From the NCBI GenBank assembly GCA_965649825.1, contig OZ287694.1:1735197-1799196 (forward strand): a stretch of DNA of 64,000 bases. Direction: 5' to 3'. The stretch comes from Penicillus capitatus. Lineage: Eukaryota > Plantae > Chlorophyta. Below are positions 47,893 through 58,973 of this stretch, piece by piece. The first letter of the stretch is position 1. Each line of letters opens with the position of its first letter. The position numbers and the translations under genes were made by a program. Below the pieces are notes generated by a model, which made no database searches, was not told the DNA's origin, and saw only the letters and a list, made by a program, of their open reading frames with translations.

Positions 47893-49305
47893 TCAAGTGG
47901 ATGAAGAAGGCGTCTGCAAGTCAGACAAGTCCTCATCCGGTTTGCCCGTCTTGTTTTTCAAAAGCGGATCTTCGACTCTCGCGATAAGCAGAGCCGCGAC
48001 GAGATAGGCTCCCCCGACCATAGGAACGGCAACATTGGATCCCAATGCATCCGTCACTCTTCCGTAAATCATTGGAATCACAATGCCTCCAATCGTCGCT
48101 GTTGAGTTGAACATAGAGGCAGCCACAGACCGCGTCGATGCTTCGCAAGACATAGTTGCCAGCGCCAACACGTAGCACCCGCAAACACGCACCGCACTTA
48201 TAGCTCCTGTCAGCACCAGAAATCTGAGGAGAAAACCAGTATGTTGTATTCCTATCAAGGAAATCAGCAACACGCCTCCAGCAGCATACACGGCAGAGGC
48301 GACTCGGGGTCGATTGCGTACATTCAAACGACGTATCCACAGGGAAAGAAATCCAGAGACGAGAAACGGGATGGCTGTCATAATGATCGCCAGCGTTGCA
48401 CTGCTGTGTTTGGAGCCGCACGTCTTGGTGTCTTCGTCGTCTTCTCCGTAGAGCATGTTCTGAATGATGAGTGTCGCCCAGAACATGAGGGTACTGTTTA
48501 CGCCAACAACGATAAGGAAGCTGAATGCGCATACTCTCCACGTTCCATTGGAGACAACTCTCTTCACTGCTTCACAAAACGATACGTCACGCTCGTTCTG
48601 GTGGCCTCCTTGACTCTCAGCGATCCACTCTTTCTCCGCCGTTTCCAGGAAGGGAGCTGTCTGGGGGGAGGCTGGCAGAAGGAAGTACACTAATACGGCA
48701 TACAGCATCGGCATGATGCCCTCGACAACAAAAAGAAATCGCCACCCCTTGACGTTCACGTAGGGGCCAAGGCTCAGCAAACCCGCAGAGAGAGGAGACG
48801 AAAGCGGCATCGAGAATGAAATGGCTGCGACAATCACACTGTATGCATTGGTGACATGTTCTGGCGGGTAGAACACGGGGATAATATACCACATCGCTGG
48901 AAGCGAGCCGCCCTCGGCAATTCCCAAAACAAAGCGAAGGACATAAAACTGCATGGTGTTCTGAATAAACCCCAATGCCGCAGCAACACTGCCCCAAGCA
49001 AAGAGGATGAAAGAGATCCATGCAGGCGCGCCGAAGCGCTGAAGCATGACGTTGCCTGCCACTTGCGACAGCAGGTAGCCGACGTAGAACAGACTGACCC
49101 CTTTGCCGTAGTCTTCGTGGGTCAGCTTCAGGTCATGACAGAGGTCGTTTGCCGCGTAGCCAATGTTACTGCGGTCGATATAGGACAGGAAGGTGACGCC
49201 GGCGCATAGAAGCAGAAAACGGCGGTCGAGTTTTCGAATCGTCGAAGTGGCGACATCTTCGACGAGTGGGACATACGGACTTTGCGAAGTCGTTTCGTTG
49301 TGCAT
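47893..49305 (-). CDS. MFS transporter, ACS family, copy 3
   Basis: Intronless; likely start MHNETTSQSP by alignment with paralogs; FLSYIDRSNIG and GIAEGGSLP. Confidence 0.92.
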   Translation of the reverse strand: MHNETTSQSPYVPLVEDVATSTIRKLDRRFLLLCAGVTFLSYIDRSNIGYAANDLCHDLKLTHEDYGKGVSLFYVGYLLSQVAGNVMLQRFGAPAWISFILFAWGSVAAALGFIQNTMQFYVLRFVLGIAEGGSLPAMWYIIPVFYPPEHVTNAYSVIVAAISFSMPLSSPLSAGLLSLGPYVNVKGWRFLFVVEGIMPMLYAVLVYFLLPASPQTAPFLETAEKEWIAESQGGHQNERDVSFCEAVKRVVSNGTWRVCAFSFLIVVGVNSTLMFWATLIIQNMLYGEDDEDTKTCGSKHSSATLAIIMTAIPFLVSGFLSLWIRRLNVRNRPRVASAVYAAGGVLLISLIGIQHTGFLLRFLVLTGAISAVRVCGCYVLALATMSCEASTRSVAASMFNSTATIGGIVIPMIYGRVTDALGSNVAVPMVGGAYLVAALLIARVEDPLLKNKTGKPDEDLSDLQTPSSST

Positions 49306-49624
49306 TCGACGACAAGACACCGACAGACAACAAAGAATAATCACGTCGAGCAATAATGCGATGCGGTTTTTCACTTAGCGAAAATCGATAACGTCGTTCA
49401 CAATCGAATTGTCCGTTGTACATAAGTGTGATGATTCATACTAGATGGTCTTGTCCGTCAAATCTTTTGACGTGACAGCATCTTTCTCTGTTGAGGCAAT
49501 GAATAACGGATTCAGAAAGAGTGACAAACTGCACAGTCGTCACTTGTTTATCATTTACGTCCTGCAGCGACAATTATTTTCCTAGCGACGGCCAACCGTG
49601 CTCTCTACTGCGTTCTTGCCAGAT

Positions 49625-50100
49625 TCAGGCCTGCGCTTGATCTGTTTGGGTCGTCAGGCGTTCATTTTCTGGAGCTGCCTGCCGAAGTGTCTCTGCGAGG
49701 TTTCGCATCCTCTGCTGGATTTCTTGGACTCGCCTCTCTACGTTCCCCATCCGATCTGCCAGTTTCGATTCGCTCTTTCGCAGCTCCTGTCGGATCACAT
49801 TCGCCAGTTCAAGGATCTTGCCCTGCCGCGTCGCAATCCTGTCGGCTCCAAGCGGCTCTGCTGGCATGAGGAAATGGAAGCATCTCTGCAGTGGCTGGAC
49901 AGGTATCCCTGACGCGTGGTACTTGACGGTGGGGCCTTGACCGGTCAAAACAGGGGTCTTGATATCCAGCAGTCTTCGCACATATGGCTTTCAAGGACGT
50001 TTCTGCGCGATCAGTCTCTGTGTCCGGTTGACGCCGGCGCGGAACGAGAAAGAATCGGTCACCAGATGGGCCACGACAGCTGTACAGTTGTCAAGCGACT
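49625..50100 (-). pseudogene. Decayed 3' fragment of a TRP-like channel gene
   Basis: FHFLMPAE...RQGKILEL followed by a coiled coil (KLADRMGNVERRVQEIQQRM), like the YFHYLVP..W.GR tails of the other TRPs; weak S6-like VVAHLVTDSF upstream. Confidence 0.5.
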
Positions 50101-50340
50101 AAAGGTCACCAGTATTATTGCAACTGTGCATACGGAAATGCTGGACAAGGAAGGCACCATGCAAGGGCGTTCATGCCCTAACTCCATTGCGCTAATCAAC
50201 AAATCTCAGCTTCCCTCGTTTTACCCTATAATCAGCTCGTCATTATCACAGCGCTTCGTTCTTCATCCGTTTGTCTGTCAGAAACACACGATACTGTGAA
50301 AGAATGGCACGATTCTGACGAAACGATGATGGGACGTCCA

Positions 50341-50815
50341 TGTAATAGTGACATCTCTGTCACTTAGCACTTGTCGCGTCTTTGGCTATGCGACGTAACC
50401 ATCACTGCTGAGTCGCAAACAAGTCGTGATGACTGGGAGTGAGTTCCTAAGAAGTTCCTAGGAAACTTCTAGAAGTTCATACCGAATTCCCTAGTCTCAT
50501 TGAGAATTTTATCGCGAACTCACTGTTGAAGTTCATCGATTTTTCCTGTCGTCACATCAGGGTCTGAGTATTTAAGCAAGGCTTTGACACATAAAACCAC
50601 CTTTCGCTTAACATCTAAGTTTACACCTGTGTTCCGAATCGTATACAATCTGTCTCTGTTTTACAAAAACATTCGCTGTCTATCATCAAGTTGTAACAAG
50701 TCGCCCTTTGCTGCAAAGCTGTTTGTGTGGCCTCCGAACTTTCGCCCATCCTCATCCAGCTTTAAGGCTTCCGCTGCGCCTGTGAGATGAGCCAACACGG
50801 GAACGACTCCGGCAA
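50341..50815. repeat. LTR-like repeat (second family), intact copy
   Basis: Begins TGTAAT; inverted homolog of the split copy at 34270-36540; no TSD resolved. Confidence 0.55.
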
Positions 50816-52122
50816 CAATGCTCCTCCTCCACCCCCCGGCCAAGGCGAGGAAGAAATACGCGTCGTCCAAGCAGAGGACGTCGAAAGGGAGGTACAGGGA
50901 GGAAGTGCCGGAGGAAGTTCTTCACAGATACGTCTGTCGCCGTGCGGTGGGATGGGTTCTTCTCTTGCTCCTGGCTGCGCCTCGGCGTGGTCGTGTGGTG
51001 ACGCGCCTTGCTCACCCTCTTCTTCTAGACGTTCCTCGGAAGGACCGGGAGCACCGCTTCTTCAAGGATGACGGGGATGTCGACACCGCGGTCTTCAGAG
51101 CTCCTCCGGGTGTCGTCGAGATCGAACGTCTTACAAAGAACGACAGAAAGGCAAAGCTCAAGCCGTCCTCCACCTCTTATCCGGTTCTGGTGATGTGACT
51201 TTCCTAGGCAGGCGAGTCATCCGAGCGCCGGAACCAAAGAAACGCGCCTCAGATGACTCAACCAGCGTCCCCCACCGCATGGACCCCACGAAAACAAGAC
51301 AGTAGTCCCATCGCCGGGCGACAACGTCTTACCTGTATTTTCCGAACTCATATTTATCAAAAGGGTTCTCTGCCGCTGCTCCTGGTTTCGTTCTTTCAAC
51401 GTTCGTGTCCATGGAAAGAAAGCAATCGTCTTCTGATGTCTGATGTCTCAGGACATAGTGAATTCAGTTCTTTAAAGAAACTGGCTCCATCCAAGGTTTC
51501 CTCGAGATTCTGTGGGTTGAATGCAAATCGCTGAACGACAAAGCGGTCTTGGGACAGGACCAAGCAGAGGTGTTCAGTCCTTCGGAGCCATATGCTTCCT
51601 GATTCGACGGAGACGCGAAGAGTAGGTTTCAGAGTCCGGCAAAGGCGCGAACGGTTCGAGCCATTGGTACGGTTTCGTTGAGCAACTCGGCTTGTTCGAG
51701 TTGCTGTTCATTTCCTTTCTGTTGCGCGACGAAGTATCCGCAAACCGACCTCCGTAGCTGTGCTTGATCTTGTGCCGAGATATGCGAGATGCAAATAATC
51801 GAGACAGAAGGCAATGCGCCAATTTAACGCGAGATCAATCGTCCTGAAGAGACGTTGAGTGACCGAGCTGACGTTGCGTAGGAGAACGCAAGCTGCACCA
51901 ACGCGCAATCTGGAGATGCGGAAAGCGCGCCAGAGCAACGGGTACGCCCAAACGCATTCGACTGATATAACCCCCTTACAGATTCGTCTCTAGAATATAT
52001 GCTCATCCTCCGTTTAGTTGAAGGATTCGCCGGCACGTAAGCAACGTCCTTGATCATAAAGAAAGATTGATCGTCTCTTGAGATACTAACTACTGCAGCT
52101 GTTCATCTCGACAGCAAAAGAA

Positions 52123-53535
52123 TTAAGCGGATGAAGAAGACGCCTGCGTATGAGCGGAGTCTTCGTTGGGTCTGTCCACGTTCTTCTTCATAAGCGGATC
52201 TTCGACTCTCGCGATCAGCAGAGCTGCGACAAGATAGGATCCACCAACCACAGAAACGGCAATACTGGACCCCAGTACATCCGTCAATTTGCCGAAGATT
52301 ATCGGAAATGCGATGGCGCCAATCGTCGCCACCGAAGTGTTGGCAGAAGCAGCCACGCCTTGGATCGATGCATCGCATGACGTAATCGCCAATGCCACCA
52401 TATAGCAGAAGCTAACGTACCCCACAGTGATCGCTCCCGTCAACAGAAACAGCCGGACAACAAGTACGATGTGTGATGTTCCGATCCACGAAATCATCAA
52501 CACGCCGCCAACTGTGTAAACGATGGCGGCGACTCGGGGTCGATTACGCACAACGAGTCGACGCGTCCACAGGCAAAACACTCCGCAGACGAGATAGGGA
52601 ATGGCTGTCATAACGACGGCCAGTGCTGCGCTGCCGTGTTTGGAGCCGCATGTCTCGGTGTCTCCGTCTCCGTCTCCGTAGAGCATGCCATGAATGATTA
52701 GCGTTGTCCAGAAAATGAGGATACTGTCGATGCCAAAGCTTATCAGGCAGCAGGCGGTGCTCAGCCACCACGTCCCATTCGAAACAACCTTCCTCATTTC
52801 TTCCCAGAATGAGAGATTGTTATTTTTATCCTGTTTTCCTTGGTTCACAGCAATCCACTCCTTCTCCTCAGCCACCAAGAATGAAGCGGTTTCGGGCGTT
52901 GCCGGCAGGAACAAGTAAATCACTACGGTGTACATCATAGTCATGATGCCTCCAAGAAAAACAACCAAGCGCCACCCCTTGACGTTCACGCAGGGGCCAA
53001 GGCGCAACAAACCAGCAGAGATAGGAGATACAATCGGCATTGCGAACGAAATGGCCGCGAAAATAACGCTGTATGCATTGGTGACATGTTTTGACGGGTA
53101 GAACATGGGAATGATATACCACACGGCTGGAAACACGCCCCCATGGGCAACGCCTGAAGCAAAACGAAGAACATAAAAATGCGCCGCGTTCTGAATAAAC
53201 CCATGTGCTGCACCAATGAAGCCCCAAGCAAAAACGATAAAAGAGATCCACGCCGGCGCGCCGAAGCGCTGAAGCATGACGTTACCTGCCAATTCCGACA
53301 GCAGGTAGCCGACGTAGAACAGACTGACCCCGTTGCCATATTCCCCGTGGGTCAGTTTCAAGTCCGTACAGAGATCGTTTGCTGCGTAGACGACGCCGCT
53401 GCGGTCAACGTACGACAGGAAGGTGACCCCGGCAAGGAGAAGAAGAAAACGGCGGTCCAGTTTCCGAATCGTCGAACGAGCGACGTCCACCTCTGGAGGA
53501 ACGTGGGCTACTTGCAACGTCGTCGGTGACTGCAT
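52123..53535 (-). CDS. MFS transporter, ACS family, copy 4
   Basis: Intronless; likely start MQSPTTLQV; FLSYVDRSGVV and GVAHGGVFP. Confidence 0.92.
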   Translation of the reverse strand: MQSPTTLQVAHVPPEVDVARSTIRKLDRRFLLLLAGVTFLSYVDRSGVVYAANDLCTDLKLTHGEYGNGVSLFYVGYLLSELAGNVMLQRFGAPAWISFIVFAWGFIGAAHGFIQNAAHFYVLRFASGVAHGGVFPAVWYIIPMFYPSKHVTNAYSVIFAAISFAMPIVSPISAGLLRLGPCVNVKGWRLVVFLGGIMTMMYTVVIYLFLPATPETASFLVAEEKEWIAVNQGKQDKNNNLSFWEEMRKVVSNGTWWLSTACCLISFGIDSILIFWTTLIIHGMLYGDGDGDTETCGSKHGSAALAVVMTAIPYLVCGVFCLWTRRLVVRNRPRVAAIVYTVGGVLMISWIGTSHIVLVVRLFLLTGAITVGYVSFCYMVALAITSCDASIQGVAASANTSVATIGAIAFPIIFGKLTDVLGSSIAVSVVGGSYLVAALLIARVEDPLMKKNVDRPNEDSAHTQASSSSA

Positions 53536-53849
53536 CGGGAAAAACGTTTGCGGACAACAAGGCGGCGGATCAACCGAATTTGAAACAGCGACGCCGACAG
53601 CCGCGTACAGTACACGATTCTGTTCGTTGGCTGTCAACGCATGCCCGATCACGTCCCGTTATTCGACGTCTTGTCGACGTCGTCTGTCGCCAACCGTAAC
53701 GTCACATCTGTCACAGGAAAACATAAGTGAACATGTCAGTCGTGCCAGAATGGTTACATAGTGATGCGACAGACCGTTCGTCCGCACTGAAAGCATGGTG
53801 GAAACAAGGAACTACAACAGAATCTTGAAACCGTAAACATTGATCGATC

Positions 53850-55600
53850 GATCAACTGGATCCATCCTGACATCTCTCGAGGACATGTCGACCATCCAGC
53901 AACGACAAACGAGGATTCGTTCGGCACTCTCGGCTGAATCCTTGGAGTATCTTCTTAAGCGCGTCGTACATTTCTGCCGTCGAGCCACCGTTCTGCAGAG
54001 CCTCCTGATTCTGGTGCGTCCGAAGTGACAGCAACTGTCTTATCAAGCGTCGGTCTGCCGTCGCATCCGTCGAGTGAGATAAATTCCGTCTCCCCAAACG
54101 AGATCCCGCGGAAGAATGCCGCACAGTTCGAGCCGCCAGACGGCCGAAGCCACCTGCCGGTGACGAGAAGAGCATCGCGAGCACACTGAGTTCGGCGACA
54201 GACGATGATCGGTCAGAAGTGCTCGGCGAAGGACAGCATCCTCCACGCCCTCTCCTCTCCCGTCCTGATGGAGAGCACGAGTCCCAGTCCGTTCAACTCG
54301 GCGCGGCTGACGAAGATCATCTGCATTTCGTCGTCCCTGACGAGACGGGCCCTCTCACCATCCAACAGACTCCAACCAAAGGGGAGTGGCCGACGAGCTG
54401 AGCGATCCATTCTTCGGCGAACAGACATGCGTCCGAGGTCTCTTCTTCGTCGATGGAGAAAGCAGACTCCGAGAAATCGTCGAGGAACTCGACGAACTGC
54501 GATGGGCTGCCGTCGAAGAAGCTGATGGCGATGACTTACCGATATTTGTATGCGTCGTCGACACGGCTCTGCGAAGTCTCTCTTCTCCCAGACTCTACAA
54601 CAGATGTATTATTCTCGGTCACTCCGCGAGAAGCTTGGCCGAAAGACTCTGCGGTCTTGAGAGACGAGACACTCGGAATTGCAGAGAAGGAGTAGCACGG
54701 ACGTTCTAACTGTTCCAGTGCGTCATCTGTGACAGATTCAATGACAGCAAGGCACTTTCCACTTGCATCACTCGGTGGGATCGGGTCTGTCGTTCAACGA
54801 GTATGGGACGCCCTGACTGACACATCAGCCATATGAATGGAAGGTAAATGATGGGCCCAATCCCCAACCCATGGATAAACAGTATTGGCGTACGGCACGC
54901 ATCTGCAGAGAACTTCATGAAACACCTCTGCTGATGGTGCGAGAGGCCTGGCAGAATCCGTTGTCCGTGCTGGAACTAGAGAAAACGAAAAGGGAAAGGC
55001 ACGGCGTTTCTCTGATGTCATTCATTACCTTCAGGGCTGGAGTTGCGAAGCGGAAGGTGCCATCTGTCCGTCGAGGGATCGTTAAGGCAAGCGGCGGTAG
55101 GCGAACGGGTCTGTCGGTCGGCCAATTGCACATCCCTTGACATAGAATTGAAGGCGCCGAAGTCGGAGAAGAGGAAGCCCAGGTTGTCGGCCAGATGCGT
55201 TGTACGAAGGCAGCAGAGGACGCGGCTGACGACATGACGTGACGGCTCCATTCTGGATGAATCGCACAACTGTCCTTCGGACGATCCATCACGGCGTGTT
55301 CTGGTCATCTTCGTCTTCTCGAACGCTTGCTGTGGGCGAGAGCTGTCGAGACGTGAAAGCTTCCGCCAGATGAGCAGGGGAGTCTGCGTGGTGGACAGGC
55401 GAAAGCGAGCTGAGGCGGAATTCGGGCTCGTCGCGAGCCTCATCCAACCGTTCCCTTTCGAGAGAAGCAACGCACAGAGGCAAAACGGAAACCGTCGCTG
55501 AGAGCCACAGAGATGGGAGGGAGCATGCCGCCGAAAGAAATCTTCCAACCTCGAGTTGGCTCGTCGTGGCTGACTACATACAAATGACACATTCGGTGCA
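53850..55600 (-). pseudogene. Degenerate alpha/beta-hydrolase-like gene, copy 2
   Basis: RTPILFIHGLGIGPIIYLPFIWLM...GRPILVE and LVGHSPLVGVCWMVR; fragmented by stops and frameshifts. Confidence 0.45.
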
Positions 55601-57466
55601 GATGATGGCGACAGATGCATCTGTCGAGACGAACTTTACGTCTGATTTTTAACCATTCGACCAGCGCATTGGGCATAACGCACCTCGCGACAAAAGGAAA
55701 GCATCGCGAGTTTCGCCAACGGCGATGAAACGGCGATGATCACGACAGCAAACGCGCTCGTGCTATGACAATAGCTAGTGTTTCGCTGTCCTTTACTGTC
55801 ACGTACCACTGGGCGTCCGTGAGCATTTGGTGTAAAACACTCCGTCACATACGCAGCACGCAACCTATATCGTATCACCGCTGCGGCGATTCTGAAAGTC
55901 TCCGAGTGCGAGGAACTTGCGTCTGCACGATGTCTCGTGCAGAACCCTTGCGGTTGGAAAGTAATGCATTCGAGGACGCCATTGCGATGCCGCCAGTATT
56001 AGGTCGATGCTAATCGACTCGCACTGCTCTTCGTGAAGTCGAAAGATAGAGAAGCTGCCCAGTCGACAAGAGACGATTCTTGGCTTTCACGTTGTCAAGA
56101 CAAAGCGCTTTCCTCTGAATTTGCGAACAACAAGAGTTGACGCTTGAGTGCTTTGCTTACACGAGAATCAACGATCGGCTTCATAAGAAGACCGTAAACC
56201 AGAAGTGGAAGTTTAGACGACAGCGAAAAGTGTCCATTCGATAGACCAACCTGAACGTCGCCGTCAGCGCGCACTTCGCATCTTTTCGCCCAGAAGCATT
56301 AAGTGACAGCGCAGAATGCTCGTTTACCCACTGACCGTCTCTCCTCAATGGAGCAGAATGGCGAATAATCATGTCTGTCGACTGGTGCGTGCAGAGAACA
56401 GTTTCGTATGGATATGGCAATAAGGAACACACCAGTCAGTCTATTAACAAACCAGCATCTACAGCACGTTCCCAACAGAGTGCGTTAAAACTGTCGTTTG
56501 CTAACCCGTCTCGCTTGTTCGTACGAGTCCAGGTACCTTCAAATGAGAATTTGTGCTGAAAAGATAGTCGAATGATTCTGAGACGATTTCATTCGGCAGA
56601 TGTTCCAGCTGGATCCAGTTTTTGCAGAACTTGGGCTATAGATGCCTCCATCTTGTCCATTCTTTCTTCCATATTCTTCTTCCAGCTTTCCGTTTCATCC
56701 GATTGGTGTGCCATTTTGTCAACCAGAGATGCAGTTTCTGAACACATTGCCTTCAGTTCTTTCATCTCCTTAGAGTGAACACTGAGCTGTCCAGTAAAGT
56801 TGCCAGCAAGACTCTGTTCGGTATGCAGCGCTTCCATCTTGATGGCTCTTTCGAGTTTCGCAAGTCTGCCATTCCATTCTTCATCGGACGACGCTTCTTC
56901 GTTTTTGTTTTCTGGCACTAAATAATGAAAGTATCTTTTGGTCGCTGATCGAGGAAACGACTCGTCAGGCCTGGAATCTGTCTTCGTATGAACGTTCTGA
57001 CCCTCCACGTTTGAAACAAAGATCTCACCCCTCCTTCGATCCACAAAGACATCGTAGGCAAATGTTAGAACCTGATGCACTTACTGGTTTTCGCGTTGAG
57101 GATAAAAGAATCTCCTCGAAGTTTGAAAATCAGATATGAGCTTCATCTGACGCTTTTTCAGTTCTGCTCCCGCCTTTGATCGAACTCTGTCATAGGTGTC
57201 GGTCAAGACAGCGACCAGCAGGCTCATGAGTACGATCCCGCCGACGTAGATGAAGGAACTGAACAGCAGCGACCTCCAGACGGAGAGAAACCCACTCGAT
57301 GAACGAAGCATCTGTCAGGTAGACACGTCCCTTAGACTGAAAGTTGAGAGAAGGTGCCAGTCGAACACACTTACATCTTCCTCAAAGCTCCCGACAGAGG
57401 CATGGAAGAGAGTCTCAAGGGCTCGTGGAAGGGAATTGAAGTTCTTCTCCTCGTCTTCGACGAATC

Positions 57467-57571
57467 TGTCGTCGAAGAGCATTACGAATGCTGTCGTCGA
57501 AGAGCATTACGAATGCTGTCGTCGAAGAGCACTACGAATGCTGTCGTCGAAGAGCACTACGAATGCTGTCG
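57467..57571. repeat. 25-bp tandem repeat x4 in the S5-pore exon of TRP-A prime
   Basis: TGTCGTCGAAGAGCA(T/C)TACGAATGC x4; single copy in TRP-A. The net +75 bp introduces a TAA. Confidence 0.92.
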
Positions 57572-58973
57572 AGTAGCCAAGAATCAAACACAGTCCCATC
57601 AGAAGAAAAGGCAAAAAATCTGTGAAAGCATAGCCGACCATCGAAACGAACGGGCCAAACGTGTACCACGGATGGAAACAACGAAAAACATGGACACCCC
57701 GAACAAGCTGTTAATTAGTACTGTCAGAGGGATACTTGATGGAGAGTACCGTCATCCAATAGAGGATGCACAAAAGGGAGGTCTGGAAGGCAGTGGCGAT
57801 ATTCTGATGGTCAAAGACGCAGATTTGCGGCAAAAGCGCAAGTGCGAGCAACCAAATACAAAGCCTCGAAGCATTCGACACGTTGCTACTCGATTCACTG
57901 GTAATAGTAATCTTCTACCTCTGAGTCGATGTCTGATAGTAGAATACAACGACATGCGAAATAAGCGCAGTGGACAAGAGTACGATCGAAATCGCACGAT
58001 GAGGCTCGTCCTCTTGTCCGAAAAGTAGGACAAATTCTGTGAAGCTTGAGGCGGCCAACACATCCAGAAAGAGGAGTGCCAGGAGCAAAGGGTGATATGT
58101 TGTCATCCAGGAGTGTGTCAGCGTCTTGAATGTTTCGGATTCGTAAACCTTGATTGGACAATTAGAACGAGTGAGGAAAGTTGCGAGGGTTTCGGCATCC
58201 CGCCTATGCACAAAAAAGATGAGATCATCCAAGATGTTCTTCGAGCGTCTACCCCGTCTCCGTCTGACTTCCGCTGTAGCTGATGCAGAAGAACTTCGCG
58301 ACGACCGTCATCTAAGCAGGTGGAAGAGTAGACAAGCGTATTCTTCCGAAGCTACTCCTGTCCGTTCTCCCTTCTCCAATAATGGGTAACCAATGTCTTA
58401 TTGCCGTTACGACATTCACAGTTTTCCAGTCTCTTAATCGACAATCGCTGAACAATCCAGCTAGGTATCCACGCTTGTTGCGAATCGGACGTTTAGTTAT
58501 TTTTAATCTGGCGTATTCAAAGGTGAACCTATCCTTGTGCAAGTAGTCCCACATAAGATCTGGATACGTTTGGACAAGCTTGCGGAAGTGCAAGTTTAGA
58601 AGGTCGCACGTTTCTTCAAGGGAAGTGAATCTGTCCACCAGTTTGTCCAGAATAAATTTGACACATTCTTCTGATCTGTGATCAATAGACCGCCGCAGAA
58701 GGTCGTCGTTTCCACTTCTGAATGTCTTCAGAAATCGGTTGTCTTTCTCAAACTGGAGAAGTTTCGTCGCCTGTTCGTATTTTTCTTCCTCGATCAATAC
58801 CCAGACAAGCGGTCTATCCTTAAGATCGGTAGCTTTGGCAACAGCGCCTAAGACCCTGATTCCATGGTCGGAAATAGCTCTGTCCATTGAACATAGCATC
58901 AGGTTCGTTAAGAAGCCAAACGCCGTTCACCTTGTCACGTCATCGATCGTCCAGTTCCAAGCCTCGTGAAAAA

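Noticed and set aside
58887-58973. Apparent N-terminal extension of the 1039-aa LINE ORF
   Set aside because: It lies outside the TSD-defined element and is antisense TRP intron/exon sequence that happens to be in frame.
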